Of a stretch of 64,000 nucleotides of DNA, positions 52,451 through 64,000 are shown piece by piece. The notes under the pieces are model-generated. The model made no database searches. It saw only the letters and a list, made by a program, of their open reading frames with translations, and was not told the origin of the DNA. Within the stretch, counting starts at the first letter, position 1, and every line of letters begins with the position of its first letter. Both the position numbers and the translations under genes were made by a program. The stretch is from Azolla caroliniana (lineage: Eukaryota; Plantae; Polypodiophyta), in the NCBI GenBank assembly GCA_043228905.1, contig JBHGNT010000127.1:1-64000 (forward strand). Reading direction: 5' to 3'.

Positions 52451-55399
52451 TCTTCCCAACTCACTCCTCAAATTTGGTAATTTCGTCATGTCTCTCGACC
52501 TGAGTTTCAAAATCTTGATTTTTTAATTCCATATCAGAGCTAGCGTTGTCAGCTTTAATTCGCATGTTTGTACACAAAAAGCCGATATCACACTTGCTAG
52601 GTATGAACATTTTAATTTACTCAAGTGCTCCTCTCAACTCACTACTCAAATTTGGTAATTTCTTCATGTCGCTCGACCTGAGTTTCAAAATCTTGATTTT
52701 TTAATTCCATGTCATAGCTAGCGTTGTTAGCTTCGATTCGCATGTTTGAGCACAAACATCCGATATCACACTCGCCAGGTATGAACATTTTAATTTACCT
52801 ACTAGCTCTTCCAACCTCACTCCTCAAATTTGGTAATTTCGTTATGTCTCTCGACCTGAGTTTCAAAATCTTGATTTTTTAATTCCATATCAGAGCTAGC
52901 GTTGTTAGCTTCGATTCGCATGTTTGTACATAAAAAGCCGATATCACACTCGCTAGGTATGAACATTTTAATTTACTCAAGGGCTCCTCTCAACTCACTC
53001 CTCTAATTTGGTAATTTTGTCATGTCTCTCGACCTGAGTCTCAAAATCTAGATTTTCTAATTCCATATCATAGCTAGCGTTGTTAGCTTCGATTCGCATG
53101 TTTGAGCACAAACATCCGATATCATACTCGCCATGTATGAACATTTTAATTTACCTACTAGCTCTTCCCAACTCACTCCTCTAATTTGGTAATTTTGTCA
53201 TGTCTCTCGACCTGAGTTTCAAAATCTTGATTTTTTAATTCCATATCAGAGCTAGCGTTGTCAGCTTTGATTCGCATGTTTGTACACAAAAAGCCGATAT
53301 CACACTTGCTAGGTATGAACATTTTAATTTACTCAAGTGCTCCTCTCAACTGACTCCTCAAATTTGCTAATTTCGTCATGTCTCTCGACTTGAGTCTCAA
53401 AATCTTGATATTTTAATTCCATATCATAGCTAGCGTTGTTTGCTTCGATTCGCATGTTTGAACACAAAAAACCGATATCACACTCGCTAGGTATGAACAT
53501 TTTAATTTACTCAAGGGCTCCTCTCAACTCACTCCTCAAATTTGGTAATTTCGTCATGTCTCTGGACCTGAGTTTCAAAATCTTGATTTTTTAATTCCAT
53601 ATCATAGCTAGCGTTGTTACCTTCGATTCGAATGTTTGAGCACAAACATCCGATATCACACTCGCCACGTATGAACATTTTCATTTACCTACTAGCTCTT
53701 CGAACCTCACTCCTCAAATTTGGTAATTTCGTCATGTCTCTCGACCTGAGTTTCAAAATCTTGATTTTTTAATTCCATATCATAGCTAGCATTGTTAGCT
53801 TCGATTCGCATGTTTGAACACAAAAATCCGATATCACACGAGCCAGGTATGAACATTTTAATTTACCTACTAGCTCTTCCCAACTCACTCCTCAAATTTG
53901 GTAATTTCGTCATGTCTCTCGATCTGAGTTTTCAAAATCTTGATTTTTTAATTCCATATCATAGCTAGCGTTGTGAGCTTCGATTCGCATGTTTGTACAC
54001 AAAAATCCGATATCACACTCGCTAGGTATGAACATTTTAATTTACTCAAGGGCTCCTCTCAACTCACTCCTCAAATTTGGTAATTTCGTCATGTCTCTCG
54101 ACCTGAGTTTCAAAATCTTGATTTTTTAATTCCATATCATAGCTAGCGTTGTTAGCTTCGATTCGCATGTTTGAACACAAAAATCCGATATCACACTCGC
54201 CAGGTATGAACATTTTAATTTACCTACTAGCTCTTCCCAACTCACTCCTCAAATTTGGTTATTTCGTCATGTCTCTCGGCCTGAGTTACAAAATCTTGAT
54301 TTTTTAATTCCATATCATAGCTAACGTTGTCAACTTCGATTCGCACGTTTGTACACAAAAATCCGATATCACACTTGGTAGGTATGAACATTTTAATTTA
54401 CTCAAGGGCTCCTCTCAACTCACTCCTCTAATTTGGTAATTTCGTCATGTCTCTCGACCTGAGTTTCAAAATCTTGATTTTTTAATTCCATATCATAGCT
54501 AGCGTTGTTAGCTTCGATTCGCATGTTTGAGCACAAACATCCGATATCATACTCGCCAGGTATGAACATTTTAATTTACCTACTAGCTCTTCCCAACTCA
54601 CTCCTCTAATTTGGTAATTTTGTCATGTCTCTCGACCTGAATTTCAAAATCTTGATTTTTTAATTCCATATCAGAGCTAGCGTTGTTAGTTTCGATTCGC
54701 ATGTTTGTACACAAAAATCCGATATCACACTTGGTAGGTATAAACATTTTAATTTACTCAAGTGCTCCTCTCAACTCACTCCTCAAATTTGCTAATTTCG
54801 TCATGTCTCTCGACTTGAGTTTCAAAATCTTGATATTTTAATTCTATATCATAGCTAGCGTTGTGAGCTTCGATTCGCATGTTTGTACACAAAAATCCGA
54901 TATCACACTCGCTAGGTATGAACATTTTAATTTACTCAAGGGCTCCTCTCAACTCACTCCTCAAATTTAGTAATTTCGTCATGTCTCTCGACCTGAGTTT
55001 GAAAATCTTGACTTTTTAATTCCATATCATATCTAGCGTTGTTAGCTTCGATTCGCATGTTTGAACACAAAAATCCGATATCACACTTGCTAGGTATGAA
55101 CATTTTAATTTACTCAAGTGCTCCTCTCAACTCACTACTCAAATTTGGTAATTTCGTCATGCCTCTCGACCTGAGTTTCCAAATCTTGATTTTTTAATTC
55201 CATATCATAGCTAGCGTTGTGAGCTTCGATTCGCATGTTTGTACACAAAAATCCGATATCACACTCGCTAGGTATGAACATTTTAATTTACTCAAGGGCT
55301 CCTCTCAACTCACTCCTCAAATTTTGTAATTTCGTCATGTCTCTCGACCTGAGTTTGAAAATCTTGACTTTTTAATTCCATATCATATCTAGCGTTGTT

Positions 55400-58300
55400 A
55401 GCTTCGATTCGCATGTTTGAACACAAAAATCCGATATCACACTTGCTAGGTATGAACATTTTAATTTACTCAAGTGCTCCTCTCAACTCACTACTCAAAT
55501 TTGGTAATTTCTTCATGTCGCTCGACCTGAGTTTCAAAATCTTGATTTTTTAATTCCATATCATAGCTAGCGTTGTTAGCTTCGATTCGCATGTTTGAGC
55601 ACAAACATCCGATATCACACTCGCCAGGTATGAACATTTTAATTTACCTACTAGCTCTTCCAACCTCACTCCTCAAATTTGGTAATTTCGTTATGTCTCT
55701 CGACCTGAGTTTCAAAATCTTGATTTTTTAATTCCATATCAGAGCTAGCGTTGTTAGCTTCGATTCGCATGTTTGTACATAAAAAGCCGATATCACACTC
55801 GCTAGGTATGAACATTTTAATTTACTCAAGGGCTCGTCTCAACTCACTCCTCTAATTTTGTAATTTCGTCATGTCTCTCGACCTGAGTCTCAAAATCTAG
55901 ATTTTCTAATTCCATATCATAGCTAGCGTTGTTAGCTTCGATTCGCATGTTTGAGCACAAACATCCGATATCATACTCGCCAGGTATGAACATTTTAATT
56001 TACCTACTAGCTCTTCCCAACTCACTCCTCTAATTTGGTAATTTTGTCATGTCTCTCGACCTGAGTTTCAAAATCTTGATTTTTTAATTCCATATCAGAG
56101 CTAGCGTTGTCAGCTTTAATTTGCATGTTTGTACACAAAAAGCCGATATCACACTTGCCAGGTATGAACATTTTAATTTACTCAAGTGCTCCTCTCAACT
56201 CACTCCTCAAATTTGCTAATTTCGTCATGTCTCTCGACTTGAGTCTCAAAATCTTGATATTTTAATTCCATATCATAGCTAGCGTTGTTTGCTTCGATTC
56301 GCATGTTTGAACACAAAAAACCGATATCACACTCGCTAGGTATGAACATTTTAATTTACTCAAGGGCTCCTCTCAACTCACTCCTAAAATTTGGTAATTT
56401 CGTCATGTCTCTGGACCTGAGTTTCAAAATCTTGATTTTTTAATTCCATATCATAGCTAGCGTTGTTAGCTTCGATTCGAATATTTGAGCACAAACATCC
56501 GATATCACACTCGCCACGTATGAACATTTTCATTTACCTACTAGCTCTTCGAACCTCACTCCTCAAATTTTGTAATTTCATCATGTCTCTCGACCTGAGT
56601 TTGAAAATCTTGACTTTTTAATTCCATATCATATCTAGCGTTGTTAGCTTCGATTCGCATGTTTGAACACAAAAATCCGATATCACACTTGCTAGGTATG
56701 AACATTTTAATTTACTCAAGTGCTCCTCTCAACTCACTACTCAAATTTGGTAATTTCTTCATGTCGCTCGACCTGAGTTTCAAAATCTTGATTTTTTAAT
56801 TCCATATCATAACTAGCGTTGTTAGCTTCGATTCGCATGTTTGAGCACAAACATCCGATATCACACTCGCCAGGTATGAACATTTTAATTTACCTACTAG
56901 CTCTTCCAACCTCACTCCTCAAATTTGGTAATTTCGTTATGTCTCTCGACCTGAGTTTCAAAATCTTGATTTTTTAATTCCATATCAGAGCTAGCGTTGT
57001 TAGCTTCGATTCGCATGTTTGTACATAAAAAGCCGATATCACACTCGCTAGGTATGAACATTTTAATTTACTCAAGGGCTCGTCTCAACTCACTCCTCTA
57101 ATTTTGTAATTTCGTCATGTCTCTCGACCTGAGTCTCAAAATCTAGATTTTCTAATTCCATATCATAGCTAGCGTTGTTAGCTTTGATTCGCATGTTTGA
57201 GCACAAACATCCGATATCATACTCGCCAGGTATGAACATTTTAATTTACTCAAGTGCTCTTCCCAACTCACTCCTCTAATTTGGTAATTTTGTCATGTCT
57301 CTCGACCTGAGTTTCAAAATCTTGATTTTTTAATTCCATATCAGAGCTAGCGTTGTCAGCTTTAATTCGCATGTTTGTACACAAAAAGCGGATATCACAC
57401 TTGCTAGGTATGAACATTTTAATTTACTCAAGTGCTCCTCTCAACTCACTCCTCAAATTTGCTAATTTCGTCATGTCTCTCGACTTGAGTCTCAAAATCT
57501 TGATATTTTAATTCCATATCATAGCTAGCGTTGTTTGCTTCGATTCGCATGTTTGAACACAAAAAACCGATATCACACTCGCTAGGTATGAACATTTTAA
57601 TTTACTCAAGGGCTCCTCTCAACTCACTCCTAAAATTTGGTAATTTCGTCATGTCTCTGGACCTGAGTTTCAAAATCTTGATTTTTTAATTCCATATCAT
57701 AGCTAGCGTTGTTAGCTTCGATTCGAATGTTTGAGCACAAACATCCGATATCACACTCGCCACGTATGAACATTTTCATTTACCTACTAGCTCTTCGAAC
57801 CTCACTCCTCAAATTTGGTAATTTCGTCATGTCTCTCGACCTGAGTTTCAAAATCTTGATTTTTTAATTCCATATCATAGCTAACGTTGTCAACTTCGAT
57901 TCGCACGTTTGTACACAAAAATCCGATATCACACGAGCCAGGTATGAACATTTTAATTTACCTACTAGCTCTTCCCAACTCACTCCTCAAATTTGGTAAT
58001 TTCGTCATGTCTCTCGATCTGAGTTTTCAAAATCTTGATTTTTTAATTCCATATCATAGCTAGCGTTGTGAGCTTCGATTCGCATGTTTGTACACAAAAA
58101 TCCGATATCACACTCGCTAGGTATGAACATTTTAATTTACTCAAGGGCTCCTCTCAACTCACTCCTCAAATTTGGTAATTTCGTCATGTCTCTCGACCTG
58201 AGTTTCAAAATCTTGATTTTTTAATTCCATATCATAGCTAGCGTTGTTAGCTTCGATTCGCATGTTTGAACACAAAAATCCGATATCACACGAGCCAGGT

Positions 58301-61300
58301 ATGAACATTTTAATTTACCTACTAGCTCTTCCCAACTCACTCCTCAAATTTGGTAATTTCGTCATGTCTCTCGATCTGAGTTTTCAAAATCTTGATTTTT
58401 TAATTCCATATCATAGCTAGCGTTGTGAGCTTCGATTCGCATGTTTGTACACAAAAATCCGATATCACACTCGCTAGGTATGAACATTTTGATTTACTCA
58501 AGGGCTCCTCTCAACTCACTCCTCAAATTTGGTAATTTCGTCATGTCTCTCGACCTGAATTTCAAAATCTTGATTTTTTAATTCCATATCATAGCTAGCG
58601 TTGTTAGCTTCGATTCGCATGTTTGAGCACAAACATCCGATATCATACTCGCCAGGTATGAACATTTTAATTTACCTACTAGCTCTTCCCAACTCACTCC
58701 TCTAATTTGGTAATTTTGTCATGTCTCTCGACCTGAATTTCAAAATCTTGATTTTTTAATTCCATATCAGAGCTAGCGTTGTTAGCTTCGATTCGCATGT
58801 TTGTACACAAAAATCCGATATCACACTTGGTAGGTATGAACATTTTAATTTACTCAAGTGCTCCTCTCAACTCACTCCTCAAATTTGCTAATTTCGTCAT
58901 GTCTCTCGACTTGAGTTTCAAAATCTTGATATTTTAATTCTATATCATAGCTAGCGTTGTGAGCTTCGATTCGCATGTTTGTACACAAAAATCCGATATC
59001 ACACTCGCTAGGTATGAACATTTTAATTTACTCAAGGGCTCCTCTCAACTCACTCCTCAAATTTGGTAATTTCGTCATGTCTCTCGACCTGAGTTTGAAA
59101 ATCTTGACTTTTTAATTCCATATCATAGCTAGCGTTGTTAGCTTCGATTCGCATGTTTGAACACAAAAATCCGATATCACACTTGCTAGGTATGAACATT
59201 TTAATTTACTCAAGTGCTCCTCTCAACTCACTACTCAAATTTGGTAATTTCTTCATGTCGCTCGACCTGAGTTTCAAAATCTTGATTTTTTAATTCCATA
59301 TCATAACTAGCGTTGTTAGCTTCGATTCGCATGTTTGAGCACAAACATCCGATATCACACTCGCCAGGTATGAACATTTTAATTTACCTACTAGCTCTTC
59401 CAACCTCACTCCTCAAATTTGGTAATTTCGTTATGTCTCTCGACCTGAGTTTCAAAATCTTGATTTTTTAATTCCATATCAGAGCTAGCGTTGTTAGCTT
59501 CGATTCGCATGTTTGTACATAAAAAGCCGATATCACACTCGCTAGGTATGAACATTTTAATTTACTCAAGGGCTCGTCTCAACTCACTCCTCTAATTTTG
59601 TAATTTCGTCATGTCTCTCGACCTGAGTCTCAAAATCTAGATTTTCTAATTCCATATCATAGCTAGCGTTGTTAGCTTCGATTCGCATGTTTGAGCACAA
59701 ACATCCGATATCATACTCGCCAGGTATGAACATTTTAATTTACTCAAGTGCTCTTCCCAACTCACTCCTCTAATTTGGTAATTTTGTCATGTCTCTCGAC
59801 CTGAGTTTCAAAATCTTGATTTTTTAATTCCATATCAGAGCTAGCGTTGTCAGCTTTAATTGGCATGTTTGTACACAAAAAGCCGATATCACACTTGCTA
59901 GGTATGAACATTTTAATTTACTCAAGTGCTCCTCTCAACTCACTCCTCAAATTTGCTAATTTCGTCATGTCTCTCGACTTGAGTCTCAAAATCTTGATAT
60001 TTTAATTCCATATCATAGCTAGCGTTGTTTGCTTCGATTCGCATGTTTGAACACAAAAAACCGATATCACACTCGCTAGGTATGAACATTTTAATTTACT
60101 CAAGGGCTCCTCTCAACTCACTCCTAAAATTTGGTAATTTCGTCATGTCTCTTGACCTGAGTTTCAAAATCTTGATTTTTTAATTCCATATCATAGCTAG
60201 CGTTGTTAGCTTCGATTCGAATGTTTGAGCACAAACATCCGATATCACACTCGCCACGTATGAACATTTTCATTTACCTACTAGCTCTTCGAACCTCACT
60301 CCTCAAATTTGGTAATTTCGTCATGTCTCTCGACCTGAGTTTCAAAATCTTGATTTTTTAATTCCATATCATAGCTAACGTTGTCAACTTCGATTCGCAC
60401 GTTTGTACACAAAAATCTGATATCACACGAGCCAGGTATGAACATTTTAATTTACCTACTAGCTCTTCCCAACTCACTCCTCAAATTTGGTAATTTCGTC
60501 ATGTCTCTCGATCTGAGTTTTCAAAATCTTGATTTTTTAATTCCATATCATAGTTAGCGTTGTGAGCTTCGATTCGCATGTTTGTACACAAAAATCCGAT
60601 ATCACACTCGCTAGGTATGAACATTTTAATTTACTCAAGGGCTCCTCTCAACTCACTCCTCAAATTTGGTAATTTCGTCATGTCTCTCGACCTGAGTTTC
60701 AAAATCTTGATTTTTTAATTCCATATCATAGCTAGCGTTGTTAGCTTCGATTCGCATGTTTGAACACAAAAATCCGATATCACACGAGCCAGGTATGAAC
60801 ATTTTAATTTACCTACTAGCTCTTCCCAACTCACTCCTCAAATTTGGTAATTTCGTCATGTCTCTCGACCTGAGTTTCAAAATCTTGATTTTTTAATTCC
60901 ATATCATAGCTAGCGTTGTTAGCTTCGATTCGCATGTTTGAACACAAAAATCCGATATCACACGAGCCAGGTATGAACATTTTAATTTACCTACTAGCTC
61001 TTCCCAACTCACTCCTCAAATTTGGTAATTTCGTCATGTCTCTCGATCTGAGTTTTCAAAATCTTGATTTTTTAATTCCATATCATAGCTAGCGTTGTGA
61101 GCTTCGATTCGCATGTTTGTACACAAAAATCCGATATCACACTCGCTAGGTATGAACATTTTGATTTACTCAAGGGCTCCTCTCAACTCACTCCTCAAAT
61201 TTGGTAATTTCGTCATGTCTCTCGACCTGAATTTCAAAATCTTGATTTTTTAATTCCATATCATAGCTAGCGTTGTTAGCTTCGATTCGCATGTTTGAGC

Positions 61301-64000
61301 ACAAACATCCGATATCATACTCGCCAGGTATGAACATTTTAATTTACCTACTAGCTCTTCCCAACTCACTCCTCAAATTTGGTAATTTCATCATGTCTCT
61401 CGACCTGAGTTTCAAAATCTTGATTTTTTAATTCCATATCATAGCTAGCGTTGTTAGCTTCGATTCGCATGTTTGAACACAAAAATCCGATATCACACTT
61501 GCTAGGTATGAACATTTTAATTTACTCAAGTGCTCCTCTCAACTCACTACTCAAATTTGGTAATTTCTTCATGTCGCTCGACCTGAGTTTCAAAATCTTG
61601 ATTTTTTAATTCCATATCATAACTAGCGTTGTTAGCTTCGATTCGCATGTTTGAGCACAAACATCCGATATCACACTCGCCAGGTATGAACATTTTAATT
61701 TACCTACTAGCTCTTCCAACCTCACTCCTCAAATTTGGTAATTTCGTTATGTCTCTCGACCTGAGTTTCAAAATCTTGATTTTTTAATTCCATATCAGAG
61801 CTAGCGTTGTTAGCTTCGATTCGCATGTTTGTACATAAAAAGCCGATATCACACTCGCTAGGTATGAACATTTTAATTTACTCAAGGGCTCGTCTCAACT
61901 CACTCCTCTAATTTTGTAATTTCGTCATGTCTCTCGACCTGAGTCTCAAAATCTAGATTTTCTAATTCCATATCATAGCTAGCGTTGTTAGCTTCGATTC
62001 GCATGTTTGAGCACAAACATCCGATATCATACTCGCCAGGTATGAACATTTTAATTTACTCAAGTGCTCTTCCCAACTCACTCCTCTAATTTGGTAATTT
62101 TGTCATGTCTCTCGACCTGAGTTTCAAAATCTTGATTTTTTAATTCCATATCAGAGCTAGCGTTGTCAGCTTTAATTGGCATGTTTGTACACAAAAAGCC
62201 GATATCACACTTGCTAGGTATGAACATTTTAATTTACTCAAGTGCTCCTCTCAACTCACTCCTCAAATTTGCTAATTTCGTCATGTCTCTCGACTTGAGT
62301 CTCAAAATCTTGATATTTTAATTCCATATCATAGCTAGCGTTGTTTGCTTCGATTCGCATGTTTGAACACAAAAAACCGATATCACACTCGCTAGGTATG
62401 AACATTTTAATTTACTCAAGGGCTCCTCTCAACTCACTCCTAAAATTTGGTAATTTCGTCATGTCTCTTGACCTGAGTTTCAAAATCTTGATTTTTTAAT
62501 TCCATATCATAGCTAGCGTTGTTAGCTTCGATTCGAATGTTTGAGCACAAACATCCGATATCACACTCGCCACGTATGAACATTTTCATTTACCTACTAG
62601 CTCTTCGAACCTCACTCCTCAAATTTGGTAATTTCGTCATGTCTCTCGACCTGAGTTTCAAAATCTTGATTTTTTAATTCCATATCATAGCTAACGTTGT
62701 CAACTTCGATTCGCACGTTTGTACACAAAAATCGGATATCACACGAGCCAGGTATGAACATTTTAATTTACCTACTAGCTCTTCCCAACTCACTCCTCAA
62801 ATTTGGTAATTTCGTCATGTCTCTCGATCTGAGTTTTCAAAATCTTGATTTTTTAATTCCATATCATAGCTAGCGTTGTGAGCTTCGATTCGCATGTTTG
62901 TACACAAAAATCCGATATCACACTCGCTAGGTATGAACATTTTAATTTACTCAAGGGCTCCTCTCAACTCACTCCTCAAATTTGGTAATTTCGTCATGTC
63001 TCTCGACCTGAGTTTCAAAATCTTGATTTTTTAATTCCATATCATAGCTAGCGTTGTTAGCTTCGATTCGCATGTTTGAACACAAAAATCCGATATCACA
63101 CGAGCCAGGTATGAACATTTTAATTTACCTACTAGCTCTTCCCAACTCACTCCTCAAATTTGGTAATTTCGTCATGTCTCTCGATCTGAGTTTTCAAAAT
63201 CTTGATTTTTTAATTCCATATCATAGCTAGCGTTGTGAGCTTCGATTCGCATGTTTGTACACAAAAATCCGATATCACACTCGCTAGGTATGAACATTTT
63301 GATTTACTCAAGGGCTCCTCTCAACTCACTCCTCAAATTTGGTAATTTCGTCATGTCTCTCGACCTGAATTTCAAAATCTTGATTTTTTAATTCCATATC
63401 ATAGCTAGCGTTGTTAGCTTCGATTCGCATGTTTGAGCACAAACATCCGATATCATACTCGCCAGGTATGAACATTTTAATTTACCTACTAGCTCTTCCC
63501 AACTCACTCCTCTAATTTGGTAATTTTGTCATGTCTCTCGACCTGAATTTCAAAATCTTGATTTTTTAATTCCATATCAGAGCTAGCGTTGTTAGCTTCG
63601 ATTCGCATGTTTGTACACAAAAATCCGATATCACACTTGGTAGGTATGAACATTTTAATTTACTCAAGTGCTCCTCTCAACTCACTCCTCAAATTTGCTA
63701 ATTTCGTCATGTCTCTCGACTTGAGTTTCAAAATCTTGATATTTTAATTCTATATCATAGCTAGCGTTGTGAGCTTCGATTCGCATGTTTGTACACAAAA
63801 ATCCGATATCACACTCGCTAGGTATGAACATTTTAATTTACTCAAGGGCTCCTCTCAACTCACTCCTCAAATGTGGTAATTTCGTCATGTCTCTCGACCT
63901 GAGTTTGAAAATCTTGACTTTTTAATTCCATATCATATCTAGCGTTGTTAGCTTCGATTCGCATGTTTGAACACAAAAATCCGATATCACACTTGCTAGG
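55400..64000. repeat. Variable HOR domain (7-, 14- and 13-monomer spacing around a shared ~7-monomer core)
   Basis: GGCTCGTCTC marker at 55835, 57081, 59575 and 61891; spacings 1246 (7x178), 2494 (14x178+2) and 2316 (13x178+2). Confidence 0.85.

Larger units (their letters stand above)
1..64000. repeat. 178-bp tandem satellite array (~360 monomers, head-to-tail, one orientation), probably centromeric/pericentromeric
   Basis: CAAAAATCCGATATCAC starts at 1 and 179 and recurs with period 178 to the window end. I saw no non-satellite sequence or inverted monomers. Centromeric location is inferred only from monomer size and HOR structure. Confidence 0.98.

Noticed and set aside
1-64000. CRISPR-like reading (conserved repeat plus variable cassette)
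   Set aside because: The variable segment has only two or three recurring states rather than unique spacers, the whole 178 bp is repeated, and there are no cas genes.
1-64000. Transposon insertions, telomeric repeats or strand inversions within the array
   Set aside because: None seen on reading. Marker spacings checked in most domains are fully accounted for by whole monomers plus the listed indels.

Overview
The whole 64 kb window is one uninterrupted, single-orientation satellite DNA array. It is built from a 178-bp, ~37% GC monomer, about 360 copies (consensus CAAAAATCCGATATCACACTCGCCAGGTATGAACATTTTAATTTACCTACTAGCTCTTCCCAACTCACTCCTCTAATTTGGTAATTTCGTCATGTCTCTCGACCTGAGTTTCAAAATCTTGATTTTTTAATTCCATATCATAGCTAGCGTTGTTAGCTTCGATTCGCATGTTTGTACA). 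The nucleosome-sized monomer and higher-order repeat (HOR) organisation are typical of eukaryotic centromeric or pericentromeric satellite. I cannot assign the species or satellite family, and centromeric function is inferred, not shown. No genes, RNA genes, CRISPR arrays or transposons are supported, and the six listed ORFs are by-products of the repeat. The internal structure includes two interspersed monomer subfamilies and a patchwork of HORs and block duplications (5-, 6-, 7-, 12-, 13-, 14-, 26-monomer units and 24-, 31-, 33-monomer offsets). Four distinct truncated monomers have deletions of 30, 51, 82 and 103 bp, all close to whole helical turns. There are also a micro gene-conversion tract, an apparently self-templated substitution patch and recurrent CpG decay. 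All periods were measured by hand from diagnostic variants; block boundaries are approximate.
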